This document shows positions 7,542 to 17,700 of a stretch of DNA of 64,000 nt, one piece after another. The notes beneath the pieces were generated by a model. That model had not been told where the DNA came from, searched no databases, and saw only the letters and a program-made list of their open reading frames with translations. The translations under genes were made by a program, and so were the position numbers. How positions within the stretch are numbered: position 1 is the first letter of the stretch; the number at the start of each line of letters is the position of its first letter. Origin of the DNA: a candidate division FCPU426 bacterium (GTDB taxonomy: Bacteria; Oederibacteriota; Muellerivitia; Muellerivitales; Muellerivitaceae). The stretch lies in NCBI GenBank assembly GCA_963847625.1, contig CAWKAR010000024.1, positions 32,001 to 96,000 of the forward strand, written 5' to 3'.

Positions 7542-10259
7542 CTAGAACAAAGCCATCTGTCCGCTAATTGCTTCAGGAAAATTTAGAGGGTCAGAGGCTT
7601 TTGGCGTAACGCCCTCAACCTTCGCTTTTTTCGCGACAGGTTTCATTTTCAACATACCATCCAAAAGGGCAAGTTTGTCCAAGATATCTTTTACTATGTC
7701 CTTGTCCAATTGGGGCCTATCATCCCCTTCGTGTGATGCCATGTTGAAATATTTCCAAATACCCGGCTGTAATAGATAGTCGAGATGTTCACAAAGGCCT
7801 GAATACTTCTCAATTTTCTTGGTTCTGATAAAAGAGTTCAAAGCGGCTATCAATCCATTCAAATCGTATTTACCCTCCGGATAGTAGCCAGGGACAGGCG
7901 TTCTTTGAATTTTCGACAACTTCCCCCACAATTCATACCCGATGCTCTCTAACGCTAGCCTTGCCGTTTTCATGGCATCAAATATTTTGCTTTTTCCATA
8001 TTCGGAAAAAGCGTTGTGGAGATTGTTCTTGGAATCTTTGTCCACCAATATTTTTCGGCATGTCTCATCCAAATTGAAATTGTAGGTCTGAACCAACGTT
8101 GGGAAATCCTCTTTGGATATTTTCCCTGCTAACTTGGTCGCAAAGTCATCATCGTGAGTGGTGATTATTATTTGCTTGGCCTGAAGGGGTTCGTAGTTGA
8201 ATAGAAGCTCCCGAATGCCCCCTCGATGTTCCGTGTCTATTGCGTTCACCACATCATCGAAGATTATTACCGGGCAGCTTTCCTTGATGTTCTTGGCTAT
8301 CAGGATTGCCAAACCAAGACAACGCAAATGACCCTCGCTCAGGACGCACAAGACGTTGTAACTCTTTGTAGGGTCATTGAAATACCTGATCTCGATTTTG
8401 TCCTCGGTGGATTTCGGGAGGGTGATTGATTCGGCTTTCTCATACGCTTTGTCCCGCTCGTTGATGTGGTTAAAGATATCACGTGTAACTTCGCTTAATT
8501 CTCCGACGTAATTGAGAGGTAAGCCTTCCATATACTTTTTCAGCTTTTCAACGATGCTTTCATAGCCGGCAAGCCAGAGCGTGTTTTTTGCGATTTTCTC
8601 TTTCTCTGCTTTCACCTCAGCTAGGGCCGTCGCATTATTCTTTTCGAATTCCTCCACCTCTTTCTGCCATTTGGCAATATGCGCTTCGAAACCGCTGATT
8701 AAGGTAGTTTCCCTCTGGTAATTTTCTTTGACTCCTTGGATTGTTCGCAGTTCTTCTTCCAGTGTCTTCCTAGCGTCTATTTGGGCTTGAATGGACTTAT
8801 TGAGAGCATCGAGGTATTCTTGGCCCTGATTAAGGATGGTTAGATTGGTAGCAAGCCCATTCTTCACTATCTGATATCGGTCACGAACCATCCTCATATT
8901 CTCTTTGTCTTTTTCCAAAGTTTCGGCTGCTGCGAAAGAAACGGCCTGTCTTCCTCCGGCGATTAACGCAGTGCTTAATAATGCGACACTCGTATCAAGA
9001 GCTACGACTAATTCGTATAGGGTGTTGTAAAGTGTCTCTGCTGTTGTTTCCATCAGGATAACTTCTTGGAGTTTTTCGAGCTTTGCTCGGGCGTTTTCGA
9101 ATGGATGGATGGTCACTTCAGAAATGGGAGTTTCACAAAGGGGGCAGGCTTTAAGCGAGGGGGTCTCAACCGCCAGCGCGGATTGGAAAAGGTCTTTGAA
9201 TTGGATCTCGGATTTTCGTGCGGCCAAATTTTCAAGGGTCGCGGTCAACGAATTATATGTTTCCTGTATCGAATCAACTTGAGCTTGGATTTCGGCAACG
9301 GTTTTAAATTTCAATAGACTTGGTGCCGATTGTTTCAGCTTCTCTTGAATCTCTTCAGCTTTGGTTTTCTGCCCTTCAGCTGCTTTCAAATAGGCTTGTT
9401 CGAACTCCTTGGCAGTTTGATAGCCGTTCGCCGTAATGATCCCTTGTATTGTTATCGCATGTGAATCGATCTGTGCTTTTTCCTCGGTAATACTGTTCCT
9501 TTTCATTGTGATGGCGATGCTCTTTTCAGCAAGGTCCTTTTCTTTGACGTTATCGATGTGGAAGTATTTGTCTGCCTTCTGCTTAAAATCATTCGCGAAT
9601 TTGTTAAATTCGTCGAGGCCGAAAAGGAAGGCCAACTGTTTTTCCATAGCTTTTTCGGTGTTGGCCGATATGCGGGCGAATTGGTCTATCCTGCTTTTTT
9701 CGATGAAGCAGAAGGCATATTTAGGATTTGGCGTCACCACGTCAGCCGAACCGCCGTCCTTGAAACCGTTAAGGATCGGGTCTACCTGTTGGTCGGTGAA
9801 ATGGTTCTTGATGTATTCCTTGATTTCGATGGTTTTGTCTATCGCGCCCTGGATATATCCGAGCATGGAATACTCAAGCGCCTCGAACATACTGGATTTT
9901 CCGGTTCCATTTGGTCCATAGATGAAGGTGTATTGCTTGCTGAGGTCAAACGTCTTCTTTTCGCTGAATCCTCTGAAGTGCTGCAATTCGAGTGATTTCA
10001 GCTTCTTGATTTCGACTGTTCCTTCCTGGCTCCCTGCGTCGAGGATCGTTATTTCGGAAGGGAGGGTTTCACCGTGCTGTTCGATAATGCCGTAGATATA
10101 TGAGCTCCTTTGGCCCTGCGCCGTGCCTTTATCCTTGATGTTGTCAAAATGGCGGATAAGGAGGTTGATAATTTTTTTCTCGTAAACCGAGAGCGTGTTT
10201 GCGTCCAATGAATTTACGAAACCGAGAAATTGTGTATATAGTTTTATATATTTCGGCAC
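7542..10259 (-). CDS. Rad50/SMC-like ABC ATPase with zinc hook and probable C-terminal HEPN (RloC-like)
   Basis: Walker A YGPNGTGKSS, coiled coils around CPLC, signature LSEGH, Walker B IIFDDVVNAID, H-loop IITTHD, C-terminal ARLALE...YFNMASH; GTG start with GGGAGG RBS. Confidence 0.85.
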   Translation of the reverse strand: MPKYIKLYTQFLGFVNSLDANTLSVYEKKIINLLIRHFDNIKDKGTAQGQRSSYIYGIIEQHGETLPSEITILDAGSQEGTVEIKKLKSLELQHFRGFSEKKTFDLSKQYTFIYGPNGTGKSSMFEALEYSMLGYIQGAIDKTIEIKEYIKNHFTDQQVDPILNGFKDGGSADVVTPNPKYAFCFIEKSRIDQFARISANTEKAMEKQLAFLFGLDEFNKFANDFKQKADKYFHIDNVKEKDLAEKSIAITMKRNSITEEKAQIDSHAITIQGIITANGYQTAKEFEQAYLKAAEGQKTKAEEIQEKLKQSAPSLLKFKTVAEIQAQVDSIQETYNSLTATLENLAARKSEIQFKDLFQSALAVETPSLKACPLCETPISEVTIHPFENARAKLEKLQEVILMETTAETLYNTLYELVVALDTSVALLSTALIAGGRQAVSFAAAETLEKDKENMRMVRDRYQIVKNGLATNLTILNQGQEYLDALNKSIQAQIDARKTLEEELRTIQGVKENYQRETTLISGFEAHIAKWQKEVEEFEKNNATALAEVKAEKEKIAKNTLWLAGYESIVEKLKKYMEGLPLNYVGELSEVTRDIFNHINERDKAYEKAESITLPKSTEDKIEIRYFNDPTKSYNVLCVLSEGHLRCLGLAILIAKNIKESCPVIIFDDVVNAIDTEHRGGIRELLFNYEPLQAKQIIITTHDDDFATKLAGKISKEDFPTLVQTYNFNLDETCRKILVDKDSKNNLHNAFSEYGKSKIFDAMKTARLALESIGYELWGKLSKIQRTPVPGYYPEGKYDLNGLIAALNSFIRTKKIEKYSGLCEHLDYLLQPGIWKYFNMASHEGDDRPQLDKDIVKDILDKLALLDGMLKMKPVAKKAKVEGVTPKASDPLNFPEAISGQMALF

Positions 10260-10829
10260 TGTCGCCTCCCGCGGCTTTTCATACCGGTATTTTGTGTTGA
10301 TATCTGTCTAATGGCTGATTGTGTTTTAAGGGCTCCTATTCGAAGAAGATTATTTCATATTTTTCTTAACAACGGAAATCCATAACTATCCCAGCCCGCC
10401 TTTATTTGGGGTAGGCTGGTTTCAGTAAGGCTTTCGTTTTTTTAAACAAGAAAGATTGCTGGATTTCTTAAATTTTGAGCCACGATCTCTAGGGGGTTAT
10501 GGGAGAGGGTCGAGGAATAACCTGAAAGAAGGCTTTTTTTATGGGAAAGTTCCCGGTTTTTGCTCTTCGATAGAGCCTGTGGTAAGGCTCTCGAATGCTT
10601 CGATGAACTCACCGCAAGACCAGTCAGGATAGGCCAGTAGGACTCCCGGGTTATAATTCCGCCCCATGCCAGAAGGCGGCACCGGAATGTGGGCGGGTTA
10701 TCTCCACAGATTTCTTATAAATCTGCACTGGCAATCATTGCCCTCGGCTTAAAGCCTCGGGCAGCCAGCCCATGCCCATTCGATACACTTCGTTTACTCA
10801 GGGCAGGCCGACGGTGTACCAAGTCAGGT

Positions 10830-11086
10830 GATTGTGCCATTGTGCCAGTCGATTGTGCCAATTGTGCCACTCGATATTTACCGGTTTGGCACAATCGCTC
10901 CGAAGTGGCACAATCCCCGAAAAGTGGCACAATCGGTCGAAATAAGCCGGTGTCAGGAAAACCGTGGTTTTATTGGTGTTTTTAATCCGTTTTAATAACC
11001 GTTTTTGATTGTGCCAACCGATTGTGCCATTGTGCCACTCGATTGTGCCAATTGTGCCACTTGGTTTTACCGGGTTTGGCACAATC
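10830..11086. repeat. Iteron-like TTGTGCCA array
   Basis: 9 forward and 4 inverted copies; 67-bp block duplicated (10830-10896, 11020-11086) around an AT-rich spacer. Confidence 0.9.
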
Positions 11087-11087
11087 T

Positions 11088-11143
11088 GTTTAATGGGTTC
11101 GCCCAGCTCCGTTTAATGGGTTCCGCCTCGTTTAATGGGTTCG
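11088..11143 (+). repeat. Triple GTTTAATGGGTTC block; inverted copy at 61107-61162
   Basis: 54/56 identity to the reverse complement of 61107-61162. Confidence 0.95.
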
Positions 11144-11194
11144 CGGTTTACTATACTGGGTTCGCAGGTTCCCGTAGTTCCCGAGTTCCCGGCC

Positions 11195-11527
11195 AGTTCT
11201 CGGGTTATCGGCTAGTTCTCGGGTTATCGGGTTATCGGCTAGTTCTCGGGTTATCGGCTAGTTCTCGGGTTATCGGGTTATCGGCTAGTTCTCGGGTTCC
11301 CGGGTTATCGGCCTAGTTCTCGGGTTATCGGGCTAGTTCTCGGGTTCACGGGTTATCGGCCTAGTTCTCGGGTTATCGGGTTATCGGCTTAGTTCTCGGG
11401 TTATCGGGTTATCGGGCTAGTTCTCGGGTTCACGGGTTATCGGCCTAGTTCTCGGGTTATCGGGTTATCGGCTAGTTCTCGGGTTATCGGGTTATCGGCT
11501 AGTTCTCGGGTTCCCGGATTATCGGCC
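11195..11527 (+). repeat. Irregular tandem array CTAGTTCT(CGGGTTAT)1-2CGG
   Basis: 13 units of 19-28 bp read directly; no unique spacers. Confidence 0.95.
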
Positions 11528-11634
11528 AGCCTGCGGTGAGTGGTTCGAGAGCCTCACCATGGACGACCAACGGGAGTCGAATCCGTTCTCGGGTTATAGG
11601 CTCTTCGCAGGATTACCGCCCGGGTTTTCTAACC

Positions 11635-13485
11635 CTAGCAACAGCCGTAATCGGGCAGGTCATGGCTCTGGTGGGTGGAATCCTGGATTTCCTGGGGATG
11701 CTTCTTCTTGACCAGGATGAGGTACCAGCGGCGGAAGGATTCCCATAACACCACGACCGCGCAGGCCATCATGACGGCGGTCAAGGTCACGTTCAGGTAG
11801 GCGGAAAAGGCCTTCTCGGGTTGGGCCTGAACCAGGGGCAGGAAATTATTGAAGATGTTCTGCCAGGCGGCGGTGAGGGTGGTCGCGGCCACGAAAACCA
11901 TGGGGATGAAGGTGGCCCAGGCGTACCTGGCCCTGCCGGAATTGATGATGGCGCTGGTGGCTACGGCCAGGGCCACGCTGGCCAGAAGCTGGTTGGCGGT
12001 CCCGAACATGGGCCAGATGGTGGAGACGCTTCCCGCCAGGATCAGGTAGGCCCAAAAGCCGACCACCAGGCCCGTGCAGAGGACCGTCCCCGGAAGCCAT
12101 TGGGGGTTTTCCAAGGGTTTATAAATGCGCCCGCCGAATTCCTGCAGGAGGAACCGGCCGATGCGGGTTCCGGCGTCGATGGTGGTGAGGATAAACAGGG
12201 CCTCGAACATGATCATGAAGTGGTAGAAATAGTTCATGAGGCTTTCCAAGCCCGGCAGGCCGGAGAAGACCTGGGCGAAGCCCACGGCCAGGGAAACGGC
12301 CCCGCCGGGGCGGCCCGTCACGTTCTCGCCCACGGCCTGGCAGAGTTCCTGGAGCCTCACGGGGGTCAATCCCAAGGCCGCGAATTTTTCGGGCGCCAGG
12401 TTGATTGCGAAGTAATCGGCGGGGAAGAGGGAACAAGTGGCCAACAGCGCCACCACGCCCACCAGGCCCTCCACCAGCATGGCCCCGTAGCCGATCGTGC
12501 GCGCGTCCGATTCCTTATCGACCATCTTGGAGGTCGTGCCGGAGGACACCAGGGAGTGGAAGCCCGAGATGGCCCCGCAGGCGATGGTGATGAAGACGAA
12601 GGGGAACAGCTTGCCCGGAATGATGGGGCCCCCGCCCCCCACGTACTGGGTGAAAGCCGGCATTTTCAGGTCCGGGTGTACCAGGATGATTCCCACCACC
12701 AGGGCCGCGATGGTCCCCATCTTCATGTAGGAACTCAGGTATCCCATGGGGGTCATGAGCATCCAGACCGGCAGGACCGAGGCCAGGAACCCGTAGAGAG
12801 CCAGGGCCGCGATGACGCCGTTGGGCGACCAGGTCAAGAAGGGCGCGAAGGAAGAGTGGGCGACGAAGTTTCCGAAAACGACCGCCGAGATCATCACCAC
12901 GACGCCGAAGACGCTGATGCCCGCGATTTTCCCCACGCGCAACCGGAACATCCAGAAACCCACCACCAGGGCGGTCGCGATGGTCGCGCCGATGGAAAAG
13001 ACCCCCCAGGGGCTCCCCTTGAGCGCGTTCACCACCGCCATGCCCAGCCCCGCCAGGGCCACGATGACGATGATAAGGATGGCCACCGAGGCCACGGCCC
13101 CGGACAGGGGGCTGATCTCGTGGCGGGCGATTTCGGCCAGGGACCTGCCCTTTCGCCGGATGGAGGCGGACAGGATCATGAAGTCGTGCACGGCGCCCGC
13201 CAGGCAAACCCCGATCAACAGCCAGAGCAGGCCCGGGGCGAAGCCGAACTGGGCGGCCAGGACCGGCCCGATGAGGGGGCCCGAGCCCGCGATGTTGGCG
13301 AAGTGCTGGCCGAAGAGGACGAACTTGGGGATGGGCTTGTAGTTGTACCCGTCGTTCAAGGCGTGGGCGGGGGTCACGCGGGAATCGTCGAGGGCCACGA
13401 CTTTCGCCGCCAGGAAGGCGCTGTAGTATCGGTAAGCGACCACCATCACCAGCAAAGCGGTCAAGATGAGCGGAAGAACATTCAT
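11635..13485 (-). CDS. cstA: Carbon starvation protein A (peptide/pyruvate transporter)
   Basis: TPAH..NDG, GQHFANIAGSGPLIGP, FITIACGAISGFHSLVSSGTT, IWPMFGTANQLLA. Confidence 0.95.
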   Translation of the reverse strand: MNVLPLILTALLVMVVAYRYYSAFLAAKVVALDDSRVTPAHALNDGYNYKPIPKFVLFGQHFANIAGSGPLIGPVLAAQFGFAPGLLWLLIGVCLAGAVHDFMILSASIRRKGRSLAEIARHEISPLSGAVASVAILIIVIVALAGLGMAVVNALKGSPWGVFSIGATIATALVVGFWMFRLRVGKIAGISVFGVVVMISAVVFGNFVAHSSFAPFLTWSPNGVIAALALYGFLASVLPVWMLMTPMGYLSSYMKMGTIAALVVGIILVHPDLKMPAFTQYVGGGGPIIPGKLFPFVFITIACGAISGFHSLVSSGTTSKMVDKESDARTIGYGAMLVEGLVGVVALLATCSLFPADYFAINLAPEKFAALGLTPVRLQELCQAVGENVTGRPGGAVSLAVGFAQVFSGLPGLESLMNYFYHFMIMFEALFILTTIDAGTRIGRFLLQEFGGRIYKPLENPQWLPGTVLCTGLVVGFWAYLILAGSVSTIWPMFGTANQLLASVALAVATSAIINSGRARYAWATFIPMVFVAATTLTAAWQNIFNNFLPLVQAQPEKAFSAYLNVTLTAVMMACAVVVLWESFRRWYLILVKKKHPQEIQDSTHQSHDLPDYGCC

Positions 13486-13571
13486 GGTTGGACCCCTCTC
13501 TATATAAGAAGGCTTAGATTTTATACCAATTCATCCAAGTGCGGGAGGGGGTCAATCTTTATTGGTTTTCT

Positions 13572-13820
13572 GTAGTGTCTCAGTTTGGGTGTCATTGCGA
13601 GGAAATGCCCGCCGAATAGGCGGGTGTTTATGACAGGCTTGAAGTAGTTGGCCTGAAATTCAGGCCAACCATACTTGGCCCAAAGGGCCAACGTACAACC
13701 TAAGTTTAAATAATGCCTAAAGCTTTATCCGGCAAAACCACCCATAAACTGTGGTTGCTTCGCTGCATAATTCGCAGCTCGCAATGACATCTAAATCAAA
13801 AACCAAAACGATACACTACC
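13572..13820. repeat. Nested palindromic REP/MITE-like element (GTAGTGTC..GATACACTAC enclosing GTCATTGCGAG..CTCGCAATGAC)
   Basis: Inner element 13591-13788 is related to copies at 17471, 22230 and 23775. Confidence 0.8.
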
Positions 13821-13826
13821 CGGTAT

Positions 13827-15104
13827 TCACGGTTTGACAGGGATGCCTTTGCGGTACTTCCGGTAAATAATAAACGCCCCCAATAAACAAAGAATCCCGC
13901 CGACTTGCATGGCTACCCCCGAATTGGTCCGGGAGGCCACGGTCCCCATCCAAAGGCTGCCGATGGGCATGCCGCCCCCGAAGACCAGGGCCCAAATGCC
14001 CATGATGCGGCCCCTCAAGTGGTCCGGGGAGTTGCTCTGGACCAGGCTGTTGCCGATGGAGAAAAACAGGATGATCCCGAATCCGGTGAAATAAATCAGG
14101 AACGCCGCCCCGATGGGATTGTGCTGGAAACCCAAAAGGAACACGAAAAAGCTGTAGAGGCCGATGCCGGTGTAGAGGGTGGAAAGCTTCACTAGTTTCG
14201 CCCCCAGGGTGGCCACCATTAAAGCGGCCGTACAGGCGCCCAACCCGTTCATGGCCAATATCCATCCGTAACCGTCCGCGCCCATGTGGAGCTGGTCCGG
14301 GACGAAGGCCGGCAATTGGGAAAGGTAGGCCCATCCGCCGAGGCTCATGACCGAAAGAAGAAGGAGAGTCCTGGCGATCGTGGGATTTTGCCTCATGTAT
14401 TTGAACCCCCCCGAGTAATATTTCCAATCGACCTTTGCCGTTTGGACATGGGTCGTGGCTGTCAGCCGGATATGGAAAAGGCTGTACAGCACCGCCAGGA
14501 AGCTCACGGCGTCCAACAGGAAACACCAGGCCGCGCCGCAGGAGCTCAAGAGGATTCCGCCGAGGGCGGGGCCGATGACGCGGGTGGAATTGACCATGGC
14601 GCTGTTCAGGGCGATGGCGTTGACCAGGTCTTTTTTCCCGACCAATTCCACCATGAGGGACTGGCGGGCGGGCATCTCGAAGGCGGTGGCCAAGCCCCAC
14701 ATAGCGACAAAAAGCATCAACAAACCCACATGGACGGAGCCGTTGAACAATAGGATGGCCAGGGTGAGGGACGCCAAGAGCGCCACGCAGGTGGTGACCT
14801 TGAAAATGGCCAGCTTGGGGAGGCGGTCCGCCAGGGAACCGGCGTAGATGGAAAAAAGCAGGACGGGAATGGAATTGAGCATGAATATCACGCCCAGGAT
14901 GAACTTGGACATGGTCAATTGGTAGGCCAGCCATCCCCAGGCCGCGCTGCGGGCCCAGGTCCCGGTAAGGGATACGGTCTGTCCCAAGTAAAAATAGCGG
15001 TAGTTACGGTTGCGGAGGGACGCGAAGGTCCTGCGCCACCCGGTGGGCGGCGGTAAATCCTCACCGATGGCATCCGTTAGGTTCTGGTTTTTATTTGGGA
15101 TCAA
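13827..15104 (-). CDS. MFS transporter
   Basis: FASLRNRNYRYFYLGQTVS, GSLADRLPK, PDHLRGRIMG; about 12 hydrophobic segments. Confidence 0.92.
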   Translation of the reverse strand: MIPNKNQNLTDAIGEDLPPPTGWRRTFASLRNRNYRYFYLGQTVSLTGTWARSAAWGWLAYQLTMSKFILGVIFMLNSIPVLLFSIYAGSLADRLPKLAIFKVTTCVALLASLTLAILLFNGSVHVGLLMLFVAMWGLATAFEMPARQSLMVELVGKKDLVNAIALNSAMVNSTRVIGPALGGILLSSCGAAWCFLLDAVSFLAVLYSLFHIRLTATTHVQTAKVDWKYYSGGFKYMRQNPTIARTLLLLSVMSLGGWAYLSQLPAFVPDQLHMGADGYGWILAMNGLGACTAALMVATLGAKLVKLSTLYTGIGLYSFFVFLLGFQHNPIGAAFLIYFTGFGIILFFSIGNSLVQSNSPDHLRGRIMGIWALVFGGGMPIGSLWMGTVASRTNSGVAMQVGGILCLLGAFIIYRKYRKGIPVKP

Positions 15105-15273
15105 GGTTCCCTGTATTTTTTGGACGTCAAATCCGCCTGGAACGAGTCGACGGTTTGATTTATATGCGGCTCTCCCACATTTAAACGGTTTAGGCTGGGA
15201 ATATCAAATAGAACATTTCTTGTTTTAACTCAACTGAGGATGGACAGTTTATGAACAGCGAAAAACCGATTCT

Positions 15274-15524
15274 TAGCCACGCGCCAATCTTCCATGAAGC
15301 TTATAAAGAGATTGGTACAGTACCGATCTCAAATATTTTTATGGAGGATCGGCACGGATTCAGGGGATGCATTTAGATTGGGCTAAGAAAAAAGGCTTTA
15401 CATATTTGTGTTTGTTAAATCCCATTTATCCCATGCATGCCAGCCTTCCATAAATCTAATAAGGTGGCTGGTATCGTACCGATTTCATTAACTGTTTTAC
15501 TGTGAATCGGCACATCCGTGGCTA
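15274..15524. repeat. TAGCCAC..ATCCGTGGCTA palindromic element with two inserted modules
   Basis: Backbone matches 24996-25150; first insert matches the module just after 17338. Confidence 0.8.
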
Positions 15525-15545
15525 AAGATCATTTTGGAACTTTGA

Positions 15546-17294
15546 TTAAACCTGGATGATCTTCTTCTTGTGGTCCAGGTAGTCCTTCAAGACGTACTGC
15601 GTGAGCTTGTCGGGGGCGGGGAAGATCAGGCGGCCCTGGTTGATCCTGTGCATCTCATCCAAAAAATCCCCCTCGCCGAAATAACCCCCGTCGATCTCGT
15701 TTCCCATCATGAAGGTGTTGATGGTGATGCCCTCGTCGGTGGCCATTTTCACCTCCCGGAGGGTTCTTTGATAGGTCCGGTCGTTCGGAGGATAGATGAT
15801 GTACAGGTAGGAACCCTCGTAAAAGGCAGTCGGGGCGCCGTCGGTAATCAAGAGGATGCTCTTGTTCTTCGTGTCCAGGTTGGCCAAGAGCACCCGGGCC
15901 AGCTCGAGGCCCTTCTGCAGGTTGGTGAAGTGGTCGGGGATGAATTCGCGCGTGCGGTCCATGCCCTCCCGGGATAAGTCGAACCGCAGGTTGACCGCCC
16001 CGCCCATCAAGGTGACGGGTTTGGGGGAGAGCTCGGGGATGGAACCCACCGAAATCTGCTTGGCGAAGGTGGAAAAGCCCACGAAAAACAGCTTGTCCTC
16101 GGGATACTCGGTGCGGATCAAGGCGTCGAGCGCGAGCGCGAGCTTTTTGGAATTGTAGAAGCGGCCGAAACGGGACATGGAACCGCTCTGGTCGATGAGC
16201 ATGACGATGGCCGAGGATGCGGCTCCCTTGGTCTGGTGCACCATGAAATCCCGCGTGTCGATGCGGATGCGGCCGTCCACCAGGCCCTCCGGCGTGCCCA
16301 CCTGCCGGATGGCCGAGTTCAAGAGGCTACCCGGCAGGTCCAGGTTGGCGAGGGAATCGCCGAACTCGTAGGGCTTGGTCACCGTCATTTCCACGTTGCC
16401 GTCGCCCGTGAAGGCGGCGTGGTGCCGGCCGATGCCGTCGGTGAAGAGGCGGGAAAAGACCTCCTTGAGCGCCTTCTCGCCGATTTTCCGCGCGGCCCCG
16501 GGGGTGATCTTGTAAATGTCTGACTCCTCGTCGTAATCCACGTCGCCCGTCGCCTTCATGGCCTCATTGAACTGTCGCTTGATTTCCTCCCTTTTCGCCT
16601 CGAAAGCCTGCGCCGCCTCCTCGCCCAGGATTTCCCTGAGGGACTCCACTTCCATGTTGAACAGGTCCCCGTTTTCCAGGGCGTCCCTCAACTGGGCCTC
16701 CAATTCCTCCAGCATCGCGAGGCGTTCCTTGAACCTTTCGGCTTCCTTTACCGAGATGCTTTTTTGGCCGGTGAAAGAGTAGTTCTCGTAAAGCTCCACC
16801 AGGGATTGCATTTGCTGGACTTGGAGGATCAATTCCTGGAGGGCTTTTCGCGCCTCCTCCGAGTTCGCGTCCCCCAGCCGGGAGAGGAGCCAGTCCATGC
16901 CGTATAGGGTGGAAGGATTGCGCTTATCCAGAGCCTCCCTCATTTTTTCTGAGAGCTTCTCATCCTGAAGCCTCGAGAGCCGGCGTTCCAGATCGTTTTT
17001 CTTGCGGCGGAGGGACTCCTCCAGGCGGGTCAAGAGGTCATCCAGGCGGTGGTTTTCCAGGATTTCCCTTTTTTGCCTCTCCAACTCGTCCAGGTGCCCC
17101 TGGATCAGGTCCTCCAAACCGCTGAGCTTGAGGAACTCGTTGTAGGGAATGCCCCTTTCCTGCAGGTGGCGCAGGGCCTCGTCGAAGGTGACGTGGTAGC
17201 GCATCATGATTTCCTTCACGGCGTTGACGAGGTCCTCGATCGTGAAGGGGGGTTTTTCCGGCTCATGCCACTCGAAATAGTCATGGGTAATCAT
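15546..17294 (-). CDS. VWA-domain protein (partner of chelatase-like AAA ATPase)
   Basis: MIDAS motif LIDQSGSM, FTNLQKGL, LLITDGAPTA. Confidence 0.9.
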   Translation of the reverse strand: MITHDYFEWHEPEKPPFTIEDLVNAVKEIMMRYHVTFDEALRHLQERGIPYNEFLKLSGLEDLIQGHLDELERQKREILENHRLDDLLTRLEESLRRKKNDLERRLSRLQDEKLSEKMREALDKRNPSTLYGMDWLLSRLGDANSEEARKALQELILQVQQMQSLVELYENYSFTGQKSISVKEAERFKERLAMLEELEAQLRDALENGDLFNMEVESLREILGEEAAQAFEAKREEIKRQFNEAMKATGDVDYDEESDIYKITPGAARKIGEKALKEVFSRLFTDGIGRHHAAFTGDGNVEMTVTKPYEFGDSLANLDLPGSLLNSAIRQVGTPEGLVDGRIRIDTRDFMVHQTKGAASSAIVMLIDQSGSMSRFGRFYNSKKLALALDALIRTEYPEDKLFFVGFSTFAKQISVGSIPELSPKPVTLMGGAVNLRFDLSREGMDRTREFIPDHFTNLQKGLELARVLLANLDTKNKSILLITDGAPTAFYEGSYLYIIYPPNDRTYQRTLREVKMATDEGITINTFMMGNEIDGGYFGEGDFLDEMHRINQGRLIFPAPDKLTQYVLKDYLDHKKKIIQV

Positions 17295-17331
17295 GGAACA
17301 CCTTTTCACTACACCAGTTCTAAATAATCTT

Positions 17332-17620
17332 TAGCCACATGCCAATTTTCCATGAAGCTTATAAAGAGATCGGCATAGTACCGATCTCAATAGATTTTTA
17401 TAAAAGATCGGCACAGATGCATGGGATTAATGGGATTGTTAAAAATCCAAAATCCTAAAAAACCTAATCTGTCATTGCGAGGAATGCCCCGCGAATAGCG
17501 GGGTGGTTATGACGAAGCAACCCGAGTTTAAATCAAGTGATTTTGCCCTCGGCAAAACCCACAAATTAACCACCCATGAACTTAGGTTGCTTCGCTGCAA
17601 AATTCGCAGCTCGCAATGAC
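17332..17620. repeat. Adjacent TAGCCAC-type half element and GTCATTGCGAG..CTCGCAATGAC element
   Basis: 17332-17438 resembles the 15274 and 24996 elements; 17471-17620 has perfect 11-bp terminal IRs. Confidence 0.8.
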
Positions 17621-17700
17621 AAATTGTTATAAAACGCATAAGCCTTAATTTTTAAAGCTTATCAACTTCAATAACCTTGTCTAAATCTTTTATTAATAGT

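Noticed and set aside
11175..11189. TAGTTCCCGAGTTCC matches the IS30 copy 3 left junction
   Set aside because: Only 15 bp, and it lacks the GTGCAACAC core of the IS end; probably chance.
10689..11316. Short ORFs across the left repeat locus (and 61234-61651 on the right)
   Set aside because: Translations only mirror the DNA repeats, and unit lengths are mostly not multiples of three.
11195..11527. CRISPR array or true telomeric repeat
   Set aside because: No spacers; the unit is not TTAGGG and is internal to the contig.
11821..13575. Long antisense ORFs (also 3215-4042, 21226-22164, 55033-55965, 56800-57861)
   Set aside because: Shadows of GC-rich genes that have clear family motifs on the opposite strand.
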